Shown here piece after piece: positions 8,047 to 20,500 of a stretch of DNA of 64,000 nucleotides. Location of the stretch: the sequence record NC_071015.1; one strand, 5' to 3'. Both the position numbers and the translations under genes were made by a program. A model generated the notes under the pieces. That model worked only from the letters and a program-made list of their open reading frames with translations, did no database searches and had not been told where the DNA came from. Position 1 is the stretch's first letter. Each line of letters starts with the position of its first letter.

Positions 8047-9177
8047 ATGTCTTATTCTACTTTTAACATAACTAAAAACAATCAACTCGAAGAACCAATG
8101 TTTCTGGGTCAGAACGTTAACGTCTCCCGTTACGATCAACAGAAGTATCAGATCTTTGAACAGCTTATTGAAAAGCAACTTTCTTTCTTCTGGCGTCCGG
8201 AAGAAGTGGATGTGGCTCAGGACCGCATTGACTTTATGAGTCTGCCGGAACATGAAAAACACATCTTCATCAGCAACCTGAAATACCAAACCCTGCTGGA
8301 CTCAATCCAGGGTCGTTCACCGAACGTTGCTCTGCTCCCGATCATCTCTATTCCGGAGCTGGAAACCTGGGTTGAAACATGGGCGTTCTCAGAAACGATT
8401 CACTCCCGTTCTTACACGCACATCATCAGGAATATCTTTACCGATCCGTCAGAAGTGTTTGACGACATCGTTAGTAACGTTGACATCCAGAAACGTGCTG
8501 GCGCAGTATCTCAGTACTACGACCGCATCATCGAGCTGGTTCAACAATACCATCTGCTGGGTGAAGGCACTCACGTCATTAATGGCGAGAAAGTGGTTGT
8601 GTCTCTGCGTGAGATCAAGAAAGCATTGTACCTGTGCCTGCAATCGATCAATGCGCTCGAAGCCATTCGCTTCTATGTATCATTCGCCTGTTCGTTTGCG
8701 TTTGCAGAACGTAAGCTGATGGAAGGAAACGCGAAGATCATCAAACTGATCGCGCGTGATGAAGCCCTTCATCTGACTGGTACTCAGTGGATGATCAACC
8801 TGCTGGCGTCTGGCAAAGACGATCCGGAAATGAAAGAGATTGCCGAAGAGTGTCGCGAAGAAGCGATTCAACTTTTTGTGGATGCGGCAAACCAGGAGAA
8901 AGACTGGGCGGAGTATCTGTTCAAAGACGGCTCTATGATCGGTCTGAACAAAGAGATCCTCTGTCAGTACATCGAGTACATCTCTAACATCCGTATGAAC
9001 GCTGTAGGGCTCACCATGCCGTTCAAAACAACAACCAACCCGATTCCATGGATCAACTCTTGGCTGGTCTCTGACAACGTTCAGGTGGCCCCTCAAGAGG
9101 TAGAAGTGTCCTCTTATCTGGTTGGTCAAATCGACGCAGAAATTGATGTGAATGCATTCAAAGATATGACGATCTAA
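8047..9177 (+). CDS. nrdB: Ribonucleotide reductase class Ia beta subunit
   Basis: Follows E. coli-type NrdB along its whole length ([19 protein letters not shown] with the radical Tyr, [25 protein letters not shown]); uninterrupted. Confidence 0.97.
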   Translation: MSYSTFNITKNNQLEEPMFLGQNVNVSRYDQQKYQIFEQLIEKQLSFFWRPEEVDVAQDRIDFMSLPEHEKHIFISNLKYQTLLDSIQGRSPNVALLPIISIPELETWVETWAFSETIHSRSYTHIIRNIFTDPSEVFDDIVSNVDIQKRAGAVSQYYDRIIELVQQYHLLGEGTHVINGEKVVVSLREIKKALYLCLQSINALEAIRFYVSFACSFAFAERKLMEGNAKIIKLIARDEALHLTGTQWMINLLASGKDDPEMKEIAEECREEAIQLFVDAANQEKDWAEYLFKDGSMIGLNKEILCQYIEYISNIRMNAVGLTMPFKTTTNPIPWINSWLVSDNVQVAPQEVEVSSYLVGQIDAEIDVNAFKDMTI

Positions 9178-9183
9178 GTCAGC

Positions 9184-9215
9184 GAGAGACTCTGGGGAAA
9201 CCCAGGGCTCTCTTT
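9184..9215 (+). terminator. Intrinsic terminator after nrdB
   Basis: GC stem CTGGG-GAAA-CCCAG extended by AGAG/CTCT, followed by T residues. Confidence 0.6.
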
Positions 9216-9260
9216 GAGATTTTATGCTTAGTGTTTAGGCGTTTACACAGAAGAGGATTT

Positions 9261-11429
9261 ATGGACAACGAATTTCGTCAGCTCGATTTATCGAACGCTG
9301 TCAAAGAGTGCTACGGGGTATTGAATGACGATATCCTAACTGTAGCCGCTAAAATTGTTAACCCACAAACCGGTCTTTCCATTCTCGATTTAAAGGTTAA
9401 CCCTATTTTTCATTCCGGCAACCATGTTCCCGTAGGGACTATTAAAGCCACCAATGATTTCTACGATGAACTCACCGGGTTCTATTGGTTTGATGTCAAA
9501 GTCAACCCGATCAATCGTAAAGCGCATTTTCGCTTTGAGACTACGGCTTCCGTAAATGGGCAAAGTGATTCGGTTGCCTTTGATCTGGATATCTCCGGAC
9601 AATCAAAAACAGAAACTAATAAAGTTGAGTTCATTGGACGCGACCTTTATTACAGCGTTTCTGCTAAACCAGGCCACAGCGTCTTCAAACACCCACTCGA
9701 AACAAAGGTAACTGCAAACCTTTCTGAGTTCCAACCCCGTTTCATGAATGACCAAAGTGTTGGGTATTTATGGAAATGTGAGGACTTTGTTGAAGGTAAA
9801 GAAATTTGTGCGATAGGTAATGTGATGGTTGATGGAGTGACAGAACTCTATCTCTTCCGTCATACTCTTACTCTTCCTAACCTGGTGGAGGCTACTGCCA
9901 CTCAAACGGACACTAACGTGCTGAATGTTAAAGTCACGTTAGACAAACCTTTCGGTGAGAGACCTTTGGTTAACGGAAGCGTGGGGTATACCGAAAACCC
10001 AGATTTTGGACGTTGGGTTATTAAAGGTGGGAAAAACCTGCAGGTTGATGGAAATCAGATTTCTTTTGACATTGGTATTTGGGATGTTAAAAAGAAAGGA
10101 CTAATCGATGTTGATCTTATTATCAACATTGGTGACGATGCGAACACCCCAGTCAACATCGGTATTCCTACTTCAGTGCAAGCATGGTCTGATGGCGAGA
10201 AAACCGTTACCGTCACTAAACTTACTCACAATGTGTTTAATGGGATAGAAACTTTAATCTGTCAGGTAAATTGGAAAAACAGTCAGGGTAAGGTTTGTGA
10301 CTTTACTGTTATTCCAGATGACCCTAATGTTAAAGTTACGGTCAAAGAAAACGTGTTCTTCTTAGATCGACCTGTCAGCTTAGACCGCAATCGTCGCAAC
10401 ACCTTTACCTTATCCGGTAAACTCGATCTGTCAGAATACGGCATTGCCAAAAAGACAACGTTCAGTGAATCGGTTAACATGGGTAGCGATTTCTTGCCCG
10501 TTAAAGTATCCGCAATTCAAGCTGCCATTATTGAAGATGCCGGATCCTTTATTGTCGCTCTGACCACCAATAACGGTTCACGTTTAACCGATGTTGTATT
10601 GAACAGCGTAACGGTGGACGACGGTCCGTTTGGGAAGTATATTCGTGAACAGCGTTATGATGCCGATACTGGGTATCTGCAATTCAAACTCGATGTTGCG
10701 CTGAAAGATCTTACTTACCCGGAAGTATTACTGAAGGCCAAGCTGCAGTTGGATGTCAAGTTTGATGACACCCCGGCCAGTGTGATTGTTCCGGTGCAAG
10801 TTAAAGCGACCGTAGACTATCAAATAAATGCGTCTTACATTGGAACCCGGTATGAAAGAGCCGGCGAAGGTTATCGTGGGATTGCTCAATGGCGTGTTGG
10901 GGACAATAACAACAGCGCCCCGGCTTCTGTGTCGATCATGGGCTTGAAGGTTAACGGGAAAACCACTGCCTTTACCAAGCGCTATAATCAAAGTACTCGC
11001 ATCCTGTCTGCTGAGTTTGATATCCCTGTCAAGTCAGGTCATATCCTACACCTGAATGCCACGATCTCGTCTCCGGGCGTCAATCACTTTGTGACGTTGC
11101 CAGATGTGTTGTTTACGTTCTACACGCCAGGTGCAGCAACAGTCGCTCGCCAGATGTTTAACCCGGACAAAACTCACCTGACTGTGCAATGGAACGTTCA
11201 AGGCTGGTCCAGTGAGATTCCGTCTGAAGTAACCCTGGGGGAATGGCAACCGTTAGGCGGTATCAGTACCAAAATGGTTTATGCCAACTACGATAACAAA
11301 CTCGGTCTTTTGACCTGTACCTTTGCATTGGAGAATCCTGAGTCGGATATCTTTGCCGCGAAGAACACCATCCGTATTACTCATGCTGATGGGAATATGT
11401 ATCCGTTGACGTTCAGTTACAAACTGTAA
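9261..11429 (+). CDS. Beta-sandwich repeat protein (~722 aa), probable virion structural protein
   Basis: Start re-called at ATG 9261 (GAGGA upstream); repeated YDxxTG-type motifs (YDELTGFYWFDV, YDADTGYLQFKL, YNQSTRILSAEF, YDNKLGLLTCTF), also present in the giant (YDNVTGFTYLTL). Confidence 0.75.
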   Translation: MDNEFRQLDLSNAVKECYGVLNDDILTVAAKIVNPQTGLSILDLKVNPIFHSGNHVPVGTIKATNDFYDELTGFYWFDVKVNPINRKAHFRFETTASVNGQSDSVAFDLDISGQSKTETNKVEFIGRDLYYSVSAKPGHSVFKHPLETKVTANLSEFQPRFMNDQSVGYLWKCEDFVEGKEICAIGNVMVDGVTELYLFRHTLTLPNLVEATATQTDTNVLNVKVTLDKPFGERPLVNGSVGYTENPDFGRWVIKGGKNLQVDGNQISFDIGIWDVKKKGLIDVDLIINIGDDANTPVNIGIPTSVQAWSDGEKTVTVTKLTHNVFNGIETLICQVNWKNSQGKVCDFTVIPDDPNVKVTVKENVFFLDRPVSLDRNRRNTFTLSGKLDLSEYGIAKKTTFSESVNMGSDFLPVKVSAIQAAIIEDAGSFIVALTTNNGSRLTDVVLNSVTVDDGPFGKYIREQRYDADTGYLQFKLDVALKDLTYPEVLLKAKLQLDVKFDDTPASVIVPVQVKATVDYQINASYIGTRYERAGEGYRGIAQWRVGDNNNSAPASVSIMGLKVNGKTTAFTKRYNQSTRILSAEFDIPVKSGHILHLNATISSPGVNHFVTLPDVLFTFYTPGAATVARQMFNPDKTHLTVQWNVQGWSSEIPSEVTLGEWQPLGGISTKMVYANYDNKLGLLTCTFALENPESDIFAAKNTIRITHADGNMYPLTFSYKL

Positions 11430-11434
11430 TCGAG

Positions 11435-11470
11435 AAGGACCCTGGGGAAACCCGGGCGTCCTTTATTTAT
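11435..11470 (+). terminator. Intrinsic terminator or attenuating hairpin
   Basis: AAGGAC...CCTGGG-GAAA-CCCGGG...GTCCTT then TATTTATT; same GAAA-loop core as 9184. Confidence 0.6.
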
Positions 11471-11545
11471 TATTGGTTCTCGAATTCTTTGCTTTAGTCG
11501 TAATCTACCTTAGTGCGTTGTTTCATTTACAGAGGAATCCTGCTC

Positions 11546-14500
11546 ATGGCAGAATTGATCAAAGTTAATAAAAAAGTTATTAACGACCCCCTCTACACTC
11601 CTGTGGTAAAGTTTCTGAAAGAACGCATTGCGTTTCTGGAAGCGAACGGTCCGCAAAGTGAGTTAGAGTTAGCAAGAGAACGTTATACAGGTATTGTGGC
11701 AGGTGATCTTGTTATTGAGAACCCTGTTGCTTTCTCTGACGGAGCAATTCGCGTTTGCTTCGTGTCGCGCAAAACCGGTTTTGCACGTGTTGACGTCGAC
11801 ATCACGCGTGTACAGATGAAAGAAATCCTGGATGACTTTCAAGTTCCCTTAGTGGTCATTAACGACCCGGATCACATGAAAGCCTGGGTAAAGGCCAACC
11901 CCACGGAATCTGCGTTGTTGTGGTTAGAAGATCGTCAGACTTACGGTGTCTTGCTGAGCCAGGAAGCTGCACGAACTCACGCCGGGGCAATGACCGCATT
12001 CGGTGAATTGTTCTTTGAAGAGTACACGTTAACTCGTGACTCGTTAACAGCCATTGACTATGAAACGCTGGAGTCAGGAACTGTTAAAGTCAGTGATGTG
12101 TCTTTTGGTGAAGCAACTTACCCGCTGTTCATTTATGAACTGGTGCTGGAAGAAGCTAACCTGCCAGAGATCACTTCCAATCTGCCTGCCACACTGACCA
12201 CTCGCCGTGGTGAAACGTTCAGCATTCCGAACACCTTCTGGTTTGCCGGTACGCAGGATATCACCCTTGAGATCGATCTGGTTCTCTCTACCGATTCGGG
12301 CTACACCATTCCGGCTCGCTCAAGTGATTTGCTGTCTCTGAACGGAGAAGCTATCTTTGGTTCTGCCACGGAAGATATGCAAGACCGTATTACCATCCGT
12401 GCCACGTACATGTGGAATGGACGTCCGGTCCGTAAAACGTTCCGTATCGCAGTCACCATTGAGAAAGATGAAGTCTCTGACCTGACGCTGGTTCCGGTTC
12501 CTGAAACGATTCAGGCAACCACAGGTGACACGCTGCAGGTTACCATCAGTGCGTTCTTTACTGAGACCCCAGTTACGATTTTGGTGCCGCCATCCGAGAT
12601 TGTGTCAAGCCGTAACTACGGTAAGCTCAATTACGTAAGCACCAACCCTGACGGTGGGATGGTGTACAGCGGGACAATCACCGGTGCACTCCCAGGCAAT
12701 AAAGAATCGGATACCGATTTGTTCAGCGGGAAGTTCTTGTATAACGGAGATGACGGTACGCCGTATTGGGCTACAGGGTATGTCAACATCGTTATTGTGA
12801 AACCGGAAGTCCAGCCAAAGTTCGAGGTGAAGAAATTTACCAGTGCAGTGGCAGGGTATAAAGGAGCAACCGGGACTATCGATGTCCAGGTCTTCTACGG
12901 TGAGAACCAGATCCCACTTTCTCAGCTGGCTGTTACCACCGGGGTAAAAGGTTCCAAAGGTCTGATTGAGTATAAAGCACTTCAGACTGACAAGATCGAA
13001 TATGAACTGATCGCGGACAGCGGAACTCCTGGAGTCCCGACTTCTGATGCATTCACTCAGTTCCTGATCTATGTTGATGACAAAGGGATCCGTCATGCTG
13101 CTCAGCCGGTCTTTAACGTCACGGTTAAGAAAGCCTCGGAAGTTAAGATCGTCCCTGTAGCACCGCAACCTCGTAATGTTAAACGGTATCAATACGGCAC
13201 TGCGACATTCCAGGTTCTGGTAAACGGAATCGACAAAACCAATACCATCACCAACCTGCGTAATAAAAACGCCAGTGATGAGTATGTGACGTTCCCGGTT
13301 GATTTCCCGAATCAGTGGCAGATTCTGAACACCAAAGCTGAGTCGTACACCCATGCCATGACGTTCCAATTCGATCTCGTCATCGATGGGGAAGCGCCGA
13401 AAACGTATGAGTTCAACCAGGAATTTGTGATCGAACCATGGACTCGTACCAGTGGACCAAACAGCGGAATCGTAATTGTTCCGGAAGTTGCGTCTATTTC
13501 GGGTAACAGTGACGAACCGGGGTCGTTTGCCTTTAAAGTGTTTGAAGGGGCAAAGGACATTACTGCGGATGCCAAAATTGTTACGGACCGTACCGTAGTT
13601 CCGAACAAGGTGACATTTAACAGCATCAACTACGACACCACTCGCCACATGTTTGTGGTCAGCTACTTCAAAGACAACGGAGTAGTGAGCAGCGGTAAAA
13701 TCTTTGCGGCGAAGAAGTCTGATGCGAATCCGACAGACGACACCGTAGGGTTGGTTGATATTGATGTGAATGTCAATCAGATTAAAATTCTGAAAGTGGT
13801 TGGGAAGATTGCGGGTACAGCTATCACGGTTGAAGAAACCGCTGATGTGGAATTGAATCTGGAGTTTGCTGGTACACGCTTGTCGTTGGATGATGCTAAT
13901 CTGACCTTTACCAAAGCGTTCGTTTCGCAGACCTCTATTCAGACGCGGAACAAAGATACCCTGACACTCGCTTCGCCGGACTGGAAGTTTGTAGGAAGAA
14001 CGTTTAATGAGGGCATGATTTATAAGGTCACTTATAAAGATCCCGCCGACGGTCAAGTTTACACTATTCAGCAGATTGGCTTCCCGATTGTCATTACTTA
14101 CCCACCAATGCGTCTGGAACAAACCACCGATACTATCGATGGGAAGATCTGGGACAAAGGTACGTTCCCATTGAAACTGATGGCGGGTAATCACGACTTT
14201 ACTGGAAGTGTGTATTCGGTCGAGCTGATCACTGCCAACAAGTACGTGGCGATTGCTGGATTTAACTGGAACATCTATTTCGCAGAAAGCGACGCGACCT
14301 CAACGATTGTTGGTTTGCGTATGCGTTGGGGCGTGGGCGAAACCGTTAACCAAACACTTTCTACCGATTTCCGATTCAATGTTGCAGCTTGGGACGGCAT
14401 CACATTTGCAACCACGGAAGTTACACCTGCAAATGGCATCAGTGTGGATTCTGGTGACACCGGTGAAATCACCGTTAAAATGGTATATAAAGGAAACGAC

Positions 14501-17500
14501 GCTACCCAAACGGCGACCTTTGACCAAGCGGGCTCTACGATTCCACGCACCTTTATTCTGGGTACGCCGTATTATGATCCTGATCGTGGGTTCGTGATTC
14601 CGTATACCACGACTAAAGGCGGTGACTACGATCTGAAGTTGAAGTTCAAAGCACCTACTCCGGGAACGGAAACTCTGACCGCCACTATTGCGACATCTGT
14701 TACCTGGCCGTACGATCTGAACATCGACACCAACGGTGCCAGCATTCGTGGGTTCTGGGAAGATGTGCTGGACTACCCTCTGGTCCTGAACTTTGCCGGA
14801 ACACCGGTTGCGTTAGATGACCCGTCGCTGAACCTGACCTTCACTAGTGGGACAGGTGAACCGATTACGCTGGAAGCGATTAAACAGCAAGCGTTGTCAG
14901 TTGCGTTAAATGAAGGCGGTACGTTAGGGACGAATTACAACTACACGGTTGATATCGGTCTCGAGTATCAGAATCAGGCTGACGGTCAGCTTTATAACAA
15001 AGCGCTGTCTATCCCAGCCACTATCCGTGTCTCTGCGGTAAAAGTGGGGGCGAACCCGTCTCAGACTGTGAAGGTCTATAGCCGTGGTGCAATTCCAACC
15101 ACCTTAGTAGATGAACGCGGTCGTATTGTTCCGATCACCAGTTATGCTCCTCGCGGAACCAATAACTACATTGCCTTTGTGTCACCGAAAAACTGGTACA
15201 TCACTAACGGCAGTTTGGCTGATCAGATTACGACAGCACTTCCGCTGACCCTGGGTTATGACATGGGTGGAGCGTCGTACACGTTGGATGTGGATGTTAA
15301 CTTCACTATCCTTAAGTTCGACGGGATCAAGTTGAAAGTGGAAACCGTCACCACAGAGCTGAAAGGCAAAGCGGGTGATATCGGAACACTGCAATTTGAT
15401 TTCACGTACCTGGGTGACCCAATTACCGGAATGACGTTGGATACCGCTAACAGCATTATCCCGCGTAACCTGGCAGTAGGGGATCTGACCGCAGACGGTG
15501 AACTTCCGTACACCTTACTGGGTCAAGCGGTTGATACCGTGAAGCTGGTCTTCCTGCGTCCTAATGGTGCGGTTCCGCCGGTTAACAATGTTGACTCAGT
15601 GACGCTGTCTATGGGTGTAACGTCTACGTCTTCGAACGAGCCGTTCTCTCTGACAACGTATGACACAGCCATTTCGCTGGACTGGGGCAAGAGTGATATT
15701 CTTAAGGTGACTCCACGTTACGGTCTTTACGACCTGCCAGCCAACACACCTGGTCTGACGTATACCTTAACTGAAGAAGCATCCAAGTCGGTTGCCATTA
15801 TCGGTACCCGAGCTAACGGAATCATTCTTCGTGCAACCCGCTCTAACGTACCGGGGTCTGTTGATGTTCGTCCTGAACACATTCTGGTAAGTTACAATGT
15901 TGGTGCGCCTGATCCGAAGACCGCTGAGATGTCCTTCAGTGCGACTATTTCCATGGGTAACCCTGACATTGGAAATAACGCTACGGTGCAACGTGCCATT
16001 TGGGCACTGGGAACGTTTACTCAACAGGTGAAGTTCAACGATGTCGTGTTGAACACCATTGATCACTTCGAAGTACTGAACGTGAACAAGTACGTTGAGA
16101 TGGTCAGCGACAAAGGGTATGAGATCATTGGGACGGAATTAACCACGTCTACCCAATCCATTCCGATGCGTGCGTACTATAAAGTTGATGAAACTGATAC
16201 CCTTCAGTATATCGATTTTACAGCAACGTTCCTGATTACTGGCTCGTCCAGTGTGCGCTTTAAAGTAACCCCGACTCCGTCCAAAATTGAAGGCGTGATT
16301 GAAGGTGATATCGTTATCGCTTTCCGTCCACTCTATAAGGATAAGTTGGTTGGTGGTGCTGCCACATTCAAACAGGAGCTGAGTACTCTTCCACCACAGG
16401 TGGTGATCAAATCCCATACTGTTTCTGGGAATGATCATCTTATTACCTTTACGGGTAAAGTGGGTGGAATTGGTGATGCTGAGATGGTCTTCTGGTCTCC
16501 GGTTGCAGGCGATAACCCGCCAGCCCGTGAAGTGTGGAAAGGCAAAATCGAAGCGCGTATTCTCGATGGGGAACTGGGCTTAGAAGTCGGTAACCGTGAC
16601 AACCTGTTAACCGGTAAGTCAGGTGACACAGGGGTGTACAAACTGGAGCTGCTCTTTGGTGCGTTACCAATCAGCATGAGCGATGAGATTACCCGTGGTA
16701 ATCTGACCATTGCAGTTGAAACAGGTGCGCCAACGTCATTGAACGCGAACGTGCTTAAAGCAACAGCATGGCACGATGACACGTTTGATTTCTCGCTGAA
16801 AGGTCCGGTCTCTCCAGGTAAAACGGTTAGTGTCTCAGATTACATCAACGTCACGTATAAGTTTGGTGGTAAGACGTACAACCGTCGTGTTGAAATCCCA
16901 ATGTCGTACACCAGTTTGGCTGCAACCGTCGGTGCGGTAAACTACGGCACAGTGTCAATGTGGAAAACAGGTGCGCTTAACTTCCCAGGGATTACCTGTG
17001 ATGGCGTAACCATGCCAACACCACAATCTGCTTCTGATGTTACTGATCCGGCTCAGGGTTATGTAAAAATCACAGCCAAAAACTACGAGATCATCAACGC
17101 AGACCCAGTGCAAGTCTCTAAAGGTTTGTTGCTGAAGTATGTGGGGATTTATCGTAACTGGACGTACGAAGCAGAGGGCAATGCGAGCTGGACAATCAGT
17201 GCCTGGAATGGTTACACGTTTGAGCCTAGTTTCATTACGTCTTGGACAGGGTACTTGGGTTATCCAACTACTCAATACCTGACGGTGAAACTGAAGGGTC
17301 AAGTGTTCACTCCGACCCAAGGGTATGATTACCTTGATCGGACACTGACGGATCTGAAAGGATTGTTCACGTTAGAGTTTACCGGTAACACGGCGTTCTC
17401 TGGTGGAAGCTATGCAGTTTATAAACTGACGCCGTTGAAAGTGAGTAAAGACACAGTTCGCTTAGCGTTCCGTGTGTATAACTCTCCGGTCCCAGGTGTG

Positions 17501-20500
17501 GAGAAAGTCGATTACACTTATGTTGATCTTAACTTTGAGTGTAAAGCAAAAACGCTGAGTACCACGAGCGTGACCACAACCATAGGTGGTAATGGGGATG
17601 CGATCACCGTCCCACTGGCATTGGCAATTACCGGAAGCACTGGAACACAAAACGTTTCTGTGGCAACCAACAGCCCTGATCTGACAATCACCCTTCCTAA
17701 TGAAGATGTGTTTAAAATTGTCAGCAGAACGACAAACGGCTTAGGGATTGAGATTACCGCTCCGCTCAGCAAACGGTCTGGGTCCGATGTGGTTAACATG
17801 ACGTTGACTTACAAAGATCCGCTGGGTGTTGATGTCACTTCGGTTATTCCTTATACAGTGAACTACCGTTTACCACAGGACTACCCGGCTGTTGATCTCT
17901 TACCTCCGTTTTATGTTGGTAACTGGAAATCAGCACCGTTGTGGTCTCATGGTGCGTTTACTAACTGGTTTAAAGTACGAGGCGGGCAAGCTGCAAATAG
18001 CGCTGACGTTACTGCACAATCTGACATTATCAATGTTACCGGTCCATGGGTCATTCCTTCTCGCGATCTTCCTGAAGTAGGCGACCGTTGGTGGGTAATC
18101 GATGGTGCTGAGATGAGTGCGCTCATTCCTCATGTGTATACATTCAAAGCCCCGTTCCGTGGCGGGTTTGTTAATGACGTTACCGTTACAGTGACTCTTG
18201 AAAGCGCCAGCCGTAATGGAGCAGACACTCCGTTTGTAGTAGGTGCGCCTGTGGCTTCTCAACGCTGGCCGGGTAACGCGAACACTGAGATAGAGGTACC
18301 ATTCAATATCAAGTGGCGTGGGTACAAATACGGCGAAGCGATTTTCCGTGCTGATTTGTCAACCACAGCGTCTGCGGGAGCATTCTCCAGTGCGTTTGAA
18401 GTTGTAGGGCAACGCTACGATAATGTAACAGGGTTCACTTATCTCACGTTGAAAGTTTTGAAAGACGTGACCAGTAACGTGACCTTCGTCTTTGATCATA
18501 AAGATGCAGGAAGTACACCTGTTGCAGGGAAAACCGAGGCAAGCGCGGTATATGTATTCTCCCCTGTTAATGTTGTTCCGGTTACCCCGGCTCCAACAAC
18601 GACCATGTGGAAATACATTCGCCTGAACCAGCTGTTTAAGATTATGGACGGAACGACAGATGTTACTGCTCAAGCAACTCTGTTGTCAATCGATAACCCG
18701 TTAGCAGTTATTTATCAGGCAACCAACGCCAGTTCGCCAGCTTTCTCGTTCCAGGATCATAACGCTAACCCAGGCGGAACCATCCCACTGACGTTTACGA
18801 TACAGTTGGGGGTGGCTAACCAGAGTCGTGTGATCACCTACACCATCAACGTTAACTTAGCAGCGTTTGACGGTAAAGAGTTTGTAGCCGGTGCACCAAA
18901 CCCAACCCAAGTTTATCTGGCATTGGGGGCGTCTACTGATGTGACCGTTTCAGCGCTTGATTTTAGAAGCAACATCAGTGCACTTGCCACAGACAAATCC
19001 ATTGTGACGGCAGCGAAGTTTGACGCAGCCAACCCGAATCTGCAATATGTTCGCTGGGGCTTTACGTCATCGCCGCTGGCCTTGCTGGTAACCTATAAAT
19101 CACTTAATCTCTTTAGAGGAAAAGTGAAAACTCCGATTGACTATATCGGGGCGGGTTCTACCGATTATCCGGTGGGTACGTTAGATAAGAACTTCTTGTA
19201 CTTAGAGCAAGACATCGTAGTTTACGAAGAGAAACTGTATCCGTATCCTGCGGGTTATGTGGTTCCTCCGTTAACCGGTGAATTCGGCAAACAGATCGTT
19301 GTTCCTATCCAGTTCACGATGGGCAATGACATTGTAGAAAACTTGCTGGCAACCAACGTCGCGGGATTGACGTGGACCGTTCCGTTAGATAACGGAATTG
19401 TAGCCAAACCAGGAAGTGGGTTTGTCAGTAGTGCTACCGGCATCATGTTGAATGTGACTTATGATAACCGTGGTGCTGATCTTACCATGACCGTTCCTGT
19501 CACGTTTACTTATAACGCCGGTTACCGTGGTCGCGCGGTTAACACCAGTGTGACCGTGGATGTTCCTATCACCATTAAAGGAACAAACACAGGTGACGTC
19601 ACGACGGTTATCAACGCAACCAACCCATCGGTTATTGCTTGGCAGACGGGTAACTTACCTTTCTATATCCAGCATAACGGTGTGACGGTAGCTACTGCAA
19701 GCTATAAGAGTGTGGATATCAAAGCCAACCCTTATGTGCGCAAACCGGAAACCAATCCAGGTAACTTTACACGCGCTTGGGAAGTGTACTTCGGCGAAAC
19801 CACACAAACGGTTGCTCCGGTTGAATTTACCGTGGTGTTCAATGATGGCGTGAAAGATGTGACGGTAACGTACACATCTACCTTTACCATTGCAGCTTAT
19901 GACGGTAAAGAGTTCGTGATGACATTGCGTTCACCGAGCACGTTTAACAACGGTATTGTAGGGACGCCTAACAGTAGTCCAATTTTCCAGATTTGGGGCA
20001 AGTATCGTAATACCCAACTCACCACGGATGACCTCACGAACAAGTATAGCGTTTGGGATAAAGGATTTGATCTTCCTGGATTCTTACGCATTACAAACCG
20101 TGCAGCAGGACAGACTGTTGGTGGAGGCGGTGCGGGTCAGTATCTGAACGTAACGTGTTTGGCAGGTCCAACTGATATGCCTGTAAATGTGCGTGGGGAA
20201 GTTCTGTTTGGTAAGAAAGACAAAGAGAACGATCCGAACGCGATTGAGAACGTGGACTTTGTACGTGTTCCGATCAACAGTTACGTGTACATCAGTAACA
20301 AGTTCTACCCGATTAACTGGACGAAGGAAATCAATGGTGTATTTGGAACGGGGCAAACCCCAACCTACCCACTGAACATTTCGTTCCGTCAAGGTATTAC
20401 TGCTGTCAACAACGCAAGTATTAGCACCTACGGAATTGACGCTACTGACTTCATGAACATCGTGGTCACCGGCACCTCTTCCAGCACTGCATATGCGTTG

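Noticed and set aside
8047-9177. Group I intron, intein or homing endonuclease in nrdB (also checked ligA and the SbcC-like gene)
   Set aside because: All are of normal length and collinear with known family motifs.
12605-14194. 529-aa antisense ORF inside the giant gene (also 20084..21193 and many shorter ones)
   Set aside because: Shadow ORFs from the codon bias of the sense gene; no motifs, and the sense frame carries the coherent repeats.
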